62,375 nucleotides of DNA, taken from the sequence record SRR2962707_792; one strand, given 5' to 3'. The notes below the pieces were generated by a model that saw only the letters and a list, made by a program, of their open reading frames with translations, had not been told where the DNA came from and did not search any database. Shown here piece after piece: positions 37,723 to 47,384 of the stretch. The position numbers and the translations under genes are program-made. The stretch's first letter is position 1. Each line of letters begins with the position of its first letter.

Positions 37723-38621
37723 AACTCGTGAGACCAGGGTGGGTTCGCACCCGCGCGACTAACTGTTATGGCAGCAGCCTGCGCGCCCAGGTCAATTGCG
37801 CTGCGCAAGGCCTCTTTATCCGCGCTGGCCAATTCGCCTTTGTTCAACAGACCAACACGTTCCAGGCCAGCCAGCAGGCCTGCGTTGAATGTATCGCCCG
37901 CGCCGACCGTATCGACGACTTCGGCTTTGTACGCGGCAACAGTGAAGGACCCTTTCACCGTAAATGCTTCGACGCCTTCGGATCCCTTGGTCATTAACAC
38001 CAACTTTGCGCCTGCTTCCAACAGGCTTTGTGGAGAGTCGCCAATCCATTCGAGATCTTCGTCAGACACTTTGATGATATCTGCTTTCGCCAACATCATG
38101 CTCAGACGTGCGCGGTAGCGATCAGGGTCTGTGATAAAGGTTGGGCGAATATTTGGGTCAATCATGATCACTCGACTGGCTGCTTCGCGGACGCATAGCT
38201 GGGCATAGGTGTCTGCAGCCGGTTCACCAACAAGGCTGATGCCGCCAAAGAAGCAAGCCTGAACATTGTCATCAAGCGTTGGCAAGTCAGATTCAGACAA
38301 CAGGCGGCCTGCCGTGTTTTCATCATAGAACGCATATTGCGCGTGACCTTCGACCAGCTTCACAAACGCCAATGTTGTGGGGCTTGTGCTGCGGGCCGCG
38401 TAGGAGCTGTCGACTTTGGACTCTGTCAATGAGTCCGTCAGCATGGCACCAAAAAGGTCGTCCGACAGTCCGCCGAAATAGCCAGATGAAGCACCCAGTC
38501 GACCTAGCGCAATCGCTGTGTTGAACACCGCACCGCCCGGATAAGGGGCGAATGCCGTTTCGTTGTGGGCCGTGACACGCGGCAACATGTCAATCAACGC
38601 TTCTCCGCAACATAGGATCAT
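37719..38621 (-). CDS. PfkB carbohydrate kinase (fructokinase-like)
   Basis: GEALID, GGAVFN, DPNIR, DTVGAGD. Confidence 0.93.
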   Translation of the reverse strand: MILCCGEALIDMLPRVTAHNETAFAPYPGGAVFNTAIALGRLGASSGYFGGLSDDLFGAMLTDSLTESKVDSSYAARSTSPTTLAFVKLVEGHAQYAFYDENTAGRLLSESDLPTLDDNVQACFFGGISLVGEPAADTYAQLCVREAASRVIMIDPNIRPTFITDPDRYRARLSMMLAKADIIKVSDEDLEWIGDSPQSLLEAGAKLVLMTKGSEGVEAFTVKGSFTVAAYKAEVVDTVGAGDTFNAGLLAGLERVGLLNKGELASADKEALRSAIDLGAQAAAITVSRAGANPPWSHEL

Positions 38622-38690
38622 GAAGTCCCCCTAATTCAAAAATGTTTGCGCTAACTTGCCCTGAGCCAGCTTGGTTTTCAAGGTCACAAA

Positions 38691-38710
38691 TTGAGCTTGA
38701 TCAAAGTCAA
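38691..38710. promoter_or_regulatory. FNR/FnrL-type box upstream of hsp20
   Basis: TTGATCAAAGTCAA (38697-38710) overlapping TTGAGCTTGATCAA (38691-38704). Confidence 0.6.
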
Positions 38711-38761
38711 TTGTGAAAGAACATCTTACAATTTGAATACATCAATCAGTAGGAGGAGAAC

Positions 38762-39184
38762 ATGAAAATGGTTGAAAGCACTCATATTGCCGACTTTTGG
38801 CCGCACTTATACTCGCCCTTCCGTCGTTTAGGTGAACGGATCGCAGATTGGGTCGCCCCGGCTTCAGACGCATTTTCGGATGATGAGACCTATCATGTTT
38901 CCATTGAGTTGCCGGGAGTAAAGGACGAGGACGTTGAAATTACAATGGTCGACGGTGTTTTGACCGTCGCAGGTAAGAAGTCTGCGTCGCGGCAGGAACA
39001 GGGCGAGACGTGGTATGTCACAGAACGCCAATACGGACAATTTCGCCGGACTTTTCAGTTGCCAGGCGATGCTGACGAAGACCAGGTCTCTGCAATAATG
39101 AAAGACGGCATTCTGACCGTTGCGATTGGCCGAAAGGCCGAAACGGCAACGAAGGGTAAAACGATCGCTGTCGAAAAAGGTTAG
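38762..39184 (+). CDS. Hsp20/alpha-crystallin small heat-shock protein
   Basis: ELPGV, ERQYGQFRRTFQLP, DGILTV. Confidence 0.93.
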   Translation: MKMVESTHIADFWPHLYSPFRRLGERIADWVAPASDAFSDDETYHVSIELPGVKDEDVEITMVDGVLTVAGKKSASRQEQGETWYVTERQYGQFRRTFQLPGDADEDQVSAIMKDGILTVAIGRKAETATKGKTIAVEKG

Positions 39185-39263
39185 GGGTGTTGTCACACAT
39201 GTCCCCCTAAGCCCAAGCCTCGGTTTGGGATGCGTTCACCCTCCCCCAGGGTGGACGCAAAAA

Positions 39264-40373
39264 CTAGCTATTCTGAGCGATGAAATAGCCGACTGTTCCG
39301 GCAACAATGAGTCCAAGCACAACCGCGATCGTGATTTTAACCGCCGACCAGGGCCGCTCACCTTGTGTCCGTCCCGTTCGGCCATTTACGACAAAACGAT
39401 AGGTTTTGCCGCGGTATTTATATGCCGCTAACCAGACCGGCAGAAGAATGTGCTTGAAGGTCACATCTGAAATATCGGTATCAATCCGATGAATACGCTG
39501 TCGATCGCCGCCGATGTCAAATTTGACATCCCGTTCAATAACTTTGTCCATATAGGAACGCGCTTCGACATAGCCTTCTTCTAGTTCTACCGTGTATCCT
39601 TCGGCGCGAAATCCAGCAAGGAATTCAGGGCGGTAGGGTTCCATCGCGGCCAGATCCCACGGCTCCAGAGCATCTGTGAAACGCTTGGGCAGGGACTTTG
39701 AAGCCAGAATCAATACATCATCAAAAAAGCGTTTGACGCGCCCAGAGCGCGGCGTCCAACGGATCTTTTGTACCTGCTGCTGTTCTTGTTTCCCGTCGCG
39801 CATTACCGTTCTGGTTTCCGTGTAGGTCGTGCCTCTTTCGCCGCGATAGCTGGACTTTGTGTCAGCATCAAATGTCCAGAAAGGGACATAGATTCCCTGT
39901 AGCTTCCGGCCTTTCCGGGCAAATTCCTGTAAGCCATTTGGGGCAAACCAGAGCCCGCCCAACCAATCTGTCATGGCTTGCCGTGCGGCCTCTTCGTCCA
40001 ATGCAAAGGGCAACAATCCACGGGGTTTGATATGACGATGTGCGCCGGTATCTGTTACAACAGGTGTTGCGCAGAACGGGCATTCCGTGGCGTGGGAATT
40101 GGCGTCAAATTCAACTTGAGCCGCGCAATTGGGGCAGGTGGTGACACGGGTTTCTTCGATTTCCTGCGCGGGCAATTGCCGGTCGATAGCGGCTTTGAAG
40201 TCCAGCTCTTTGATCCCGCCATCCCATGGTCCAACACCTGCAATTGCCTGCACATCTCCGCAGTGATCGCAGATCAGCTGACCCTCTTCAGGTTCAAAAC
40301 GATAGTCTGAGCCGCAGCTTTGGCATGGAAATCTGTGCTCGCTAATGGGTACTGCCGTGGTCGTGTCAGACAT
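39264..40373 (-). CDS. Double Zn-ribbon membrane-anchored protein
   Basis: Four CxxC pairs, YVPFWTFD, VNGRTG..GERP, C-terminal TM. Confidence 0.85.
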   Translation of the reverse strand: MSDTTTAVPISEHRFPCQSCGSDYRFEPEEGQLICDHCGDVQAIAGVGPWDGGIKELDFKAAIDRQLPAQEIEETRVTTCPNCAAQVEFDANSHATECPFCATPVVTDTGAHRHIKPRGLLPFALDEEAARQAMTDWLGGLWFAPNGLQEFARKGRKLQGIYVPFWTFDADTKSSYRGERGTTYTETRTVMRDGKQEQQQVQKIRWTPRSGRVKRFFDDVLILASKSLPKRFTDALEPWDLAAMEPYRPEFLAGFRAEGYTVELEEGYVEARSYMDKVIERDVKFDIGGDRQRIHRIDTDISDVTFKHILLPVWLAAYKYRGKTYRFVVNGRTGRTQGERPWSAVKITIAVVLGLIVAGTVGYFIAQNS

Positions 40374-40523
40374 TAAGGGCCTTTACCGATACTTTGACTG
40401 CCCGTGTTGGAGTTCTGGGGCAAGTGTTCACAATAGGTGAGGTCTGGAACGGGGCGAAAGCGGCACTTGGACGACGTATCTAAACACAGTCAGTCCCGGC
40501 ACCACTGTCTTTCATTCTTGGAT

Positions 40524-41636
40524 TTAGATGCCAGGTGGCGGTGGGGGCGGTGGCATGACAGTGAACAGTTGCGCAAGTTCAGCCACATCATTGGCTTTCA
40601 TCCAGCCGTCTTGTCCGGCCGTCCAAACCAGGGTGTCGCGCGTCATCTCTCCCGAGCTGGCCATCCGGCCAAGGTCCGCTTTTGAAAACGGACCACTGGT
40701 TTTTCCGTTTACCGCCAGATGCCAGACATGTTCGACAGGTGGGGGGGGCGGTGCAACAGGGGCCGCCGCATAAGGTTGCGCGCCCCAAGGACCTTGGTTT
40801 GCCATCATATTGCCCATCTGCATGCCCAGACCGGCGCCCATACCCATGCCCATGGCGTCGCCTGCCGCGCCGCCTTTGCCCATGGCGTCAGCGGCCTTCC
40901 ATTTCATGTGCTCGTTCAAGTCACCGGCGATTCCCCGCGATGTGCGCTCATCCAATGCTTTCTCAACAGCGGGCGGCAAAGAAATATTTTCGATGTAAAG
41001 CTCGGGAATCGACAACCCGTATTGCGCCATCGTTGGCGCAATCGCTTCGGCGATCAGTTTGCCCACGTCTGCCGTATTGGCCGCCATGTCCAAAACAGGG
41101 ATGCCTGACGACGCAATTGCTCGGGAAAACTCCTGAACGATGATGTTGCGGATCTGAAAACTGACTTCGTCCATCGTAAATTCGCCATCAGTTCCAACGA
41201 TTTCGGTCAGGAAAAGCGCCGGATCGGCCACCTTGATCGTATATGTCCCAAAAGCCCGAATTCGGGTCGGGCCAAAATCCGCATCACGCAACATGATCGG
41301 GTTTTTCGTGCCCCATTTCAGATCGGTGAAACGGTTGGTGTTTACATAGTAAATTTCAGACTTGAACGGGCTTTTGAAACCGTGGTCCCAATGCTGCAAT
41401 GTTGTCATCACAGGCATGTTGTTGGTTTCAAGCATATAGAGCCCGGGCGTGAAAACGTCTGCCAGCTGACCTTCATGGACAAAAACAGCGGATTGCCCTT
41501 CGCGAACGGTCAGTTTTGCACCGTATTTGATTTCATGACCTTCGCGTTCAAAACGCCAGACCATGGTGTCGCGCGTGTCGTCCACCCAGTGGATAACATC
41601 AATAAATTCGCCCTTGAGGAAATCGAAAATGCCCAT
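40524..41636 (-). CDS. SPFH/band-7 protein with C-terminal GYF_2 domain
   Basis: VREGQ.AVF, WGT.NP, Gly/Met-rich linker, GPFS..LVWTAGQDGW. Confidence 0.88.
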   Translation of the reverse strand: MGIFDFLKGEFIDVIHWVDDTRDTMVWRFEREGHEIKYGAKLTVREGQSAVFVHEGQLADVFTPGLYMLETNNMPVMTTLQHWDHGFKSPFKSEIYYVNTNRFTDLKWGTKNPIMLRDADFGPTRIRAFGTYTIKVADPALFLTEIVGTDGEFTMDEVSFQIRNIIVQEFSRAIASSGIPVLDMAANTADVGKLIAEAIAPTMAQYGLSIPELYIENISLPPAVEKALDERTSRGIAGDLNEHMKWKAADAMGKGGAAGDAMGMGMGAGLGMQMGNMMANQGPWGAQPYAAAPVAPPPPPVEHVWHLAVNGKTSGPFSKADLGRMASSGEMTRDTLVWTAGQDGWMKANDVAELAQLFTVMPPPPPPPGI

Positions 41637-41654
41637 AAGAGGCCCTCCAGTTGG

Positions 41655-42620
41655 TCAGATTGGTCCGCCGGTCAGGCGTGTGGCGATCTCGCGGACAATT
41701 GGGCGCGCATCCTGTGCAGCCATGCCCGGTGTCAGTCGAGGATCGTAAAGAATTTTGAGTAGCATTTCGTCATGCGTGGTCAGCAGAGCGAATTCGTCGT
41801 CGTCGTTAAAAATCGAAGGGCGCGCGCGAGGGCTATCATTGCCGAGCCCCATGCCTTGGGCAACCTCTTCGTGAATACAAGACAGCCGCAATAGGTCCGG
41901 ATGCTCGGCCCGGATCAGTGCGATGGCATTACCGTATTCATACCCGCCCGTGTTTTTTGAGAAGGCGATGACCAGACAGTGAATGGCGCGTGGCATGGTG
42001 TCGAAAATTCGCAGGGACGCAGGATTTACGTTGGGCACCAAAGACTTGATACGTGGTTTGATCTGCGCGCGATCATCTTCTCCAACAAAGAGAACCACAA
42101 AGTTAGGGTCTTTGTCCGTCACTGCCATATCGTGGTTTGTAATCCGTGACAGCCGTTGGACGTAATGCTCCAAAGCCTTCCGATCTTGCGCTTGTTGTGC
42201 CGCAGGAACCGACCGCCCGAATTCCGCAGAAACTCGAACGGGTTGGAGCCATTTTTTTACCGGTTCCGACGCGCCATCTGCGACTCGGAAACCCTCGCCT
42301 CGGACATATTCGTTTGCCAGCGCAATGGCATCAAAATCCCGGGTCAACGTCTCGGCATCAAAGGGGGTGTCAGGCCCGCCACCATCCGTGCGCAACAATC
42401 CCTGTGTTAACAAATCGGATTGCACGCGCTGATAGTAAGTTGCCAAAGCACGGCTGCCCGGTGAATGGCGCACCGTGACAGCTGGCGCCGGAGGCGGTGC
42501 CGTGGGCCGTGATTGCGACACTGTGGCGGACACTTCCGGCGCATTATCAGTCGGCAGAACGCAGGCGCTGAGCGCTGTAACAACCGCGAAGACAACCGCA
42601 TGCTTGATCCGGAAGGTCAT
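41655..42620 (-). CDS. DUF2927 lipoprotein
   Basis: Lipobox LSAC; CIHEEVAQGMGLGND, SIFNDD. Confidence 0.85.
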   Translation of the reverse strand: MTFRIKHAVVFAVVTALSACVLPTDNAPEVSATVSQSRPTAPPPAPAVTVRHSPGSRALATYYQRVQSDLLTQGLLRTDGGGPDTPFDAETLTRDFDAIALANEYVRGEGFRVADGASEPVKKWLQPVRVSAEFGRSVPAAQQAQDRKALEHYVQRLSRITNHDMAVTDKDPNFVVLFVGEDDRAQIKPRIKSLVPNVNPASLRIFDTMPRAIHCLVIAFSKNTGGYEYGNAIALIRAEHPDLLRLSCIHEEVAQGMGLGNDSPRARPSIFNDDDEFALLTTHDEMLLKILYDPRLTPGMAAQDARPIVREIATRLTGGPI

Positions 42621-42628
42621 TCTTACCC

Positions 42629-43831
42629 TTAGTCCTTTTGTGGAACCGACGTGCCGGCATTGTCGCCCACACCATCTTTCCGGGCTTTCGCGGACGCCAA
42701 GGTATCGCGCAATTCCGCTTCCATCTTTTTCAGCTCTGCTTCGGCAGCGGCACGGCGCGCCTTGCCTTCGTCCGCGATTTGCAGGCTTTCCTGAATGGTG
42801 CCGATCAAGTCGGCATTGGCTTGTTTTACAGATTCAATGTCAAAGACACCGCGTTCCATTTCCTCACGGATCATTTTGTTACTGTCGCGCAGGTTCTTGG
42901 CGTTCGAGGTCAGCAATTCATTGGTGAGATCATTTGCTTCGCGAACGGCTGCCGCAGCTTCGGCAGAGCGTTGGATCGTCACCGCTTGTGCCAACTGAGT
43001 TTCCCAGAGAGGAACAGTATTCACCAAAGTCGAATTGATCTTGGTCACCAAAGACTTGTCGTTTTCCTGGACCAGACGGATCGACGGCAGCGACTGCATG
43101 GTCACCTGCCGTGTCAGCTTAAGATCGTGAACCCGGCGCTCGAGGTCATCGCGGGCAGCCCTTAAATCACGTAGTTCTTGCGCGGCCATCACCTGATCGT
43201 TTTCGGCAGCGGCCTGAACGGCGGCTTCCTTGGCTGGAATGTCGTTTTCGTCCAGATCTCTCAGTTTTTCTTCGCCGGCGGCGATGTACAGCGCCAATTC
43301 GTCGTAAAACTGAAGAGTTTTTTCATACAGCATGTCGAGCGATTTGATGTCTTTCAACAATGTGTGCTCGTGCTTCAGCAGGTTGTCGGTGATCTTATCG
43401 ATCTGGCCCTGAACGTCTTCGAACTGTGCGGTGAACTTGGCAAATGGGGCAGCGCGACCAATCAGTTTTTCCCACCAGCTGCGTTCCCGACGCACATCAA
43501 GTTCAGAAACGGAAAACCCACGGATTGTTGTGACGATATCGCGCAAGCTGTCGCCCGCAGGGCCGACATCTTTGTTGCGCACGTCCTGCAGCATGGCTTG
43601 GCTAATTTCTTGCAGTTCAGCCTGAGCGGCTGAGCCGAAAGAAACGATCGACTGGGTATCTTCCATGTCGATTTCATCCATGCGGGAACGGATTTCCTCA
43701 CTGGTTACAGCATCGGCTTCTTTCAACGGCACAACGGCCGTTGCGTCGGTAGGCTCTGGCAGCACAACGGCGTTCACTTCGTCGACCAAAGACAACGCTT
43801 CTTGTGCTTTTTCCTGAATATTCTTTGACAT
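42629..43831 (-). CDS. Toxic anion resistance protein (TelA family)
   Basis: ELALYIAAG, LERRVHDL, LPSIRLVQEND, NTVPLWETQ. Confidence 0.92.
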   Translation of the reverse strand: MSKNIQEKAQEALSLVDEVNAVVLPEPTDATAVVPLKEADAVTSEEIRSRMDEIDMEDTQSIVSFGSAAQAELQEISQAMLQDVRNKDVGPAGDSLRDIVTTIRGFSVSELDVRRERSWWEKLIGRAAPFAKFTAQFEDVQGQIDKITDNLLKHEHTLLKDIKSLDMLYEKTLQFYDELALYIAAGEEKLRDLDENDIPAKEAAVQAAAENDQVMAAQELRDLRAARDDLERRVHDLKLTRQVTMQSLPSIRLVQENDKSLVTKINSTLVNTVPLWETQLAQAVTIQRSAEAAAAVREANDLTNELLTSNAKNLRDSNKMIREEMERGVFDIESVKQANADLIGTIQESLQIADEGKARRAAAEAELKKMEAELRDTLASAKARKDGVGDNAGTSVPQKD

Positions 43832-43858
43832 CGGAGGTATCCCTTCCCCTGAAAATAG

Positions 43859-44746
43859 TTAGCCTCTGTCGAGGCGGACCCCTTCGCGCTGCAACCGGTC
43901 GCGCAGCACGTCAATTTCAACTGTTAGATCGCTGTTGTTGTCGAGCAGGAGCTTGCGCGTTTTGGCGCCAAAGCTTTCTTCCAAATCGGTCAACAACATC
44001 ATGTAATCGCTTTTCGCAGCCTTATCCTGCGTGCGACTATAGACATCTGCAAACTTAACTGACGCGTCTCGTGCGCCCATCAAATACACGCCCAGGAACT
44101 TTTTGGCTGCGGTTAAGTCCCTCGGGTCTTCTTCAACGGTTCGGATCAGTTCGCTGACTTTGACCTGAAAACGCTCCACGCGGGCCTCGACGCTGCGATC
44201 CCCGGCGCGCAAAATCGCGTCTTTCATTTCACTTAGATATGTCTCGGCCTCATCGACAACGCGGGCAACACGGTCTTGTTGGAAAGTATCGATGCCTTCC
44301 ATGCCTTTGTTGCGCATCGGATCGATTCCGAAAGCAGCAATTTGTAACCCAAAGGCCGCCGCACCATAAATCAACGGCGCCAACAGGCCCGGATCGGATT
44401 TATACGCGGCAATCGCAATCCCAAGTCCGGTTGCAACACTTGCCAAGACTTTGCGTGGCAGGCTCGGGCGACGCGCGACCCGACGATCATTATAGGCGGC
44501 TTCTGCCTTTAGCCCATCCCGGAGCAACCAGGCGCCAAGGACAAGTACAACGGCCCCAAGCAGGCCAATCGCCATACCCGCAGCGCCGTCCGTGATCGAC
44601 GTAAATGCCAAGATAACTGGAGGTACGAAAAGAACGTTCGACCGCGCGCCGACAGGGTTCACTTTCGCGCCTTCAAAACTCGGTCGGATCGTTTCCGGTT
44701 CTGAGCTTTCGTTCGGGCTGAATTTTCCACCGAATTTCCGGGCCAT
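43859..44746 (-). CDS. 5-bromo-4-chloroindolyl phosphate hydrolysis (XpaC-family) protein
   Basis: N-terminal TMs, VEEDPRDL..A.KFLGVYL, DLTVEIDVL. Confidence 0.88.
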   Translation of the reverse strand: MARKFGGKFSPNESSEPETIRPSFEGAKVNPVGARSNVLFVPPVILAFTSITDGAAGMAIGLLGAVVLVLGAWLLRDGLKAEAAYNDRRVARRPSLPRKVLASVATGLGIAIAAYKSDPGLLAPLIYGAAAFGLQIAAFGIDPMRNKGMEGIDTFQQDRVARVVDEAETYLSEMKDAILRAGDRSVEARVERFQVKVSELIRTVEEDPRDLTAAKKFLGVYLMGARDASVKFADVYSRTQDKAAKSDYMMLLTDLEESFGAKTRKLLLDNNSDLTVEIDVLRDRLQREGVRLDRG

Positions 44747-44748
44747 GC

Positions 44749-44838
44749 TTAAAGCCCCCCCAGCCAACCGCTGGTGACCCCAAACAAAAGAATAATCAGA
44801 AGAACATAGGCAATCTTCTGTAAACCGGCTTCCGACAT
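44749..44838 (-). CDS. 29-aa single-TM small protein
   Basis: MSEAGLQKIAYVLLIILLFGVTSGWLGGL*; GAGGGT RBS; stop 2 nt before xpaC ATG; below ORF-track cutoff. Confidence 0.65.
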   Translation of the reverse strand: MSEAGLQKIAYVLLIILLFGVTSGWLGGL

Positions 44839-44921
44839 GTACCCTCACCAAAGCATAAACTCAGTGGGAAACTTAGGTGATGTGTGGTGCGCTTGCTAGG
44901 GGGAAGACTGGTAAAGTCGTG

Positions 44922-45728
44922 TCACGGCGCAGATTTGCGTGACATCTCGTCAAAAAGCGACTCGGATTGGCGTCGGCCGGCCAGACCTTCGTTGGGATCT
45001 AAACCGAACATGTATTCCTTCAGCAAAGTCGCTAAGTCCGAAAGTGTTCCAACGTATCGGCGCTTAATCATGGGCGTGGGATTTTCAGAGTAAGTGATAT
45101 AAAACTGATCGGTCTCGACCGCGGCTTCCGTGATGACGCTTCGAATCTCTTCGATAAATTCGGCGGTCGCGGCCGGATCTTTTGTGACGAGATTGGTGAA
45201 GTTCTTGGCGAAAGCCTCAGTATGAGCCGTCAAAACTTCATCGTCCAACATGGAGATGCGCAGAACCATGGCGTTCAGAACGCGATCGGCGGTTTCCAAA
45301 AGCCCGGCATTCGCGCCAGTGCGCCGTTGAATCACACGTTTCAGAACTTCTCTGTCAATTTTATCCGGGCCAAAGGCGACGAAACACAAACCAGCGGCCG
45401 TGCATCCCAAGATGAAGGCGTTGCTGGGCACCGCCAACTGAAACCAGGCCATAAAGCCGACTGCAACCCCCATGATTCCAGAGCCAATAACTTTGCGTGG
45501 CACAATGTCTTTGGGACGGATCAGTTCTCCGTGCTGGATACGCAGGCCGGTCATGAGAAAGCGCGAGCTGATGAACAAAAGGCCCAAGACGAGACTGCCA
45601 AAGACAATGCTATCCGCATCCCCCCGTAAAAGCCAAAGAGCCAAAGGGAAGGCTGCCAAGAGCAGCAGATGCACTGCGTCTGTGCTGCGGGCGGTTTGGC
45701 TTTGATAGGTCGGTCTTGGCTGTGGCAT
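44922..45728 (-). CDS. Divergent XpaC-family paralogue
   Basis: VPRKVIGSGIMG..FVAFGPD matches LPRKVLASVATG..IAAFGID of the downstream XpaC. Confidence 0.7.
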   Translation of the reverse strand: MPQPRPTYQSQTARSTDAVHLLLLAAFPLALWLLRGDADSIVFGSLVLGLLFISSRFLMTGLRIQHGELIRPKDIVPRKVIGSGIMGVAVGFMAWFQLAVPSNAFILGCTAAGLCFVAFGPDKIDREVLKRVIQRRTGANAGLLETADRVLNAMVLRISMLDDEVLTAHTEAFAKNFTNLVTKDPAATAEFIEEIRSVITEAAVETDQFYITYSENPTPMIKRRYVGTLSDLATLLKEYMFGLDPNEGLAGRRQSESLFDEMSRKSAP

Positions 45729-45740
45729 GTGTTCCAATCC

Positions 45741-45938
45741 TCAGACGTAGCTGAGCCAAAAGATCAAACACCAAAGTGCGATCAAAGCGATGTTTGAGGT
45801 CAGATCCCGACGATCGACCAAATTGGCCGCGACCGAAGACACAGCGTTGATCGTATCACGAGCAACACCACGAATGTTGCTGAGGATCAGCACCATAGAC
45901 CCGATGAGAATCAGGAGGGAGAGAATTGAAATTATCAT
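45741..45938 (-). CDS. 65-aa two-TM membrane protein
   Basis: GAGGA RBS; two hydrophobic helices; first gene of the operon. Confidence 0.65.
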   Translation of the reverse strand: MIISILSLLILIGSMVLILSNIRGVARDTINAVSSVAANLVDRRDLTSNIALIALWCLIFWLSYV

Positions 45939-46045
45939 GTCCTCACCCTGATAAGAAATCCGGGCGGAAACATGGCAATGCGCGGGAATTGTCCGGGCGC
46001 TTTTGTGAGGCACATTCCGGGCAGGGGAAACTGCCCGGATTTTTG

Positions 46046-46825
46046 CTACGAGTTGCGGCGTCTGCGAACGGGCTTGGGCTTGTCTGGTTCGGGCGATTCC
46101 ATGCCCAGCTGGTCGCGCATAACCTTACGACGCACTTCTTCCACGGCGCCAGATTTGAGCTGACCCAATTGGAAAGGACCGTATGAAATGCGAATCAGAC
46201 GGTTCACCGACACGCCGATATCTTCCAGCGCGCGGCGGATTTCGCGGTTTTTGCCTTCGCGCAATCCGATTGTCAGCCAGGCATTTGCACCTTGTTGACG
46301 GTCAAATGTCACGATCATTGGTTGGAATTTTTGCCCGTCAACTGTGATGCCTTTGCGCAATGGTTCAAGTGCCGCCTCGGTGGGCCTGCCTTTGATCCGC
46401 ACACGGTACCGTCGCAACCAACCTGTGCTTGGAAGTTCGAGCTGCCGTTTGATCCCGCCATCATTGGTCAGCAGCAAAAGACCTTCTGAGTTAAGATCAA
46501 GGCGACCCACACTCATTACGCGGGGCATGGTGTCCGGCAAAGTGTCATAAATCGTCGGGCGCCCTTGTTCGTCATTGTCGGTTGTTACAAGCCCGGTTGG
46601 TTTGTGGAATAACCAAAGACGCGGTGGCTCGGGTTCGCTGACCATCTTCCCGTCAACCAGAATCTTGTCTGAGGGCGTCACGTTCAGGGCAGGGGATGAG
46701 ATCTTATCGCCGTTCACGCTGACGCGGCCCGACTCGATCATGCGTTCGGCTTCGCGTCGGCTGGCAATGCCGGCACGGGCGATGACTTTGGCGATACGGT
46801 CGCCGGGAGGTGTTTCAGTGCTCAT
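46046..46825 (-). CDS. rluB: S4-domain pseudouridine synthase (RluB-like)
   Basis: S4 domain SRREAE, VGRLDLNSEGLLLLTNDG, EGKNREIRR. Confidence 0.85.
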   Translation of the reverse strand: MSTETPPGDRIAKVIARAGIASRREAERMIESGRVSVNGDKISSPALNVTPSDKILVDGKMVSEPEPPRLWLFHKPTGLVTTDNDEQGRPTIYDTLPDTMPRVMSVGRLDLNSEGLLLLTNDGGIKRQLELPSTGWLRRYRVRIKGRPTEAALEPLRKGITVDGQKFQPMIVTFDRQQGANAWLTIGLREGKNREIRRALEDIGVSVNRLIRISYGPFQLGQLKSGAVEEVRRKVMRDQLGMESPEPDKPKPVRRRRNS

Positions 46826-46873
46826 AAAGATGGCCATACTGCATCTGATGGGGCAGAGGGAACCAGAATCGTA

Positions 46874-47254
46874 TTATTGCGCATTTTGAGGCAAGCCGTC
46901 GGTGATATCGTAATAATCGCCCTTATCGTCGACGAAAATATGCATGCCCAACGTTGTGCCGGTCGGGAGGTCCAATGCCCCCATTGATACCCCTAGCCAA
47001 TCCAGGCCAACGGGCGCCCAGAACAGCGTGGAGCCACAGGTTTTGCAAAATCCGCGTTCAACCTTTGTCGAAGAGGAAAACCAGGTGAGGTTTTCTTCGC
47101 CGGTAATTTGCAATGCGCTGCGTGCGACGTCGCTTGATGCCCAGTAATGGCCCGAAATTTTTCGGCAAACAGAGCAGTGGCAAGCATCTGGCACTTGCAA
47201 CTCTCCTTGGATCGAAAACTGCACCTTGCCGCAAGCACATGAACCAGAATGCAT
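46874..47254 (-). CDS. GFA-family Zn protein
   Basis: GSCACG, CHCSVCRK, FCKTCGSTLF. Confidence 0.9.
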   Translation of the reverse strand: MHSGSCACGKVQFSIQGELQVPDACHCSVCRKISGHYWASSDVARSALQITGEENLTWFSSSTKVERGFCKTCGSTLFWAPVGLDWLGVSMGALDLPTGTTLGMHIFVDDKGDYYDITDGLPQNAQ

Positions 47255-47384
47255 GACTGCGTGCCCCTTTTGGAAAATCGCCTGACTAACTGGTAGCAGT
47301 CTATGGCGAAGACTTTGGCGAGTGAAGGTAGGAAATTTTGTCATGGTACTTGGGCTGACTGTGTCTGGGCTGTATGACTGCGCT

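Noticed and set aside
41660-41669. TTGGTCCGCC match to the tRNA 3' end as a possible attR
   Set aside because: Only 10 bp, inside the DUF2927 coding sequence in a core-like operon; plausible by chance
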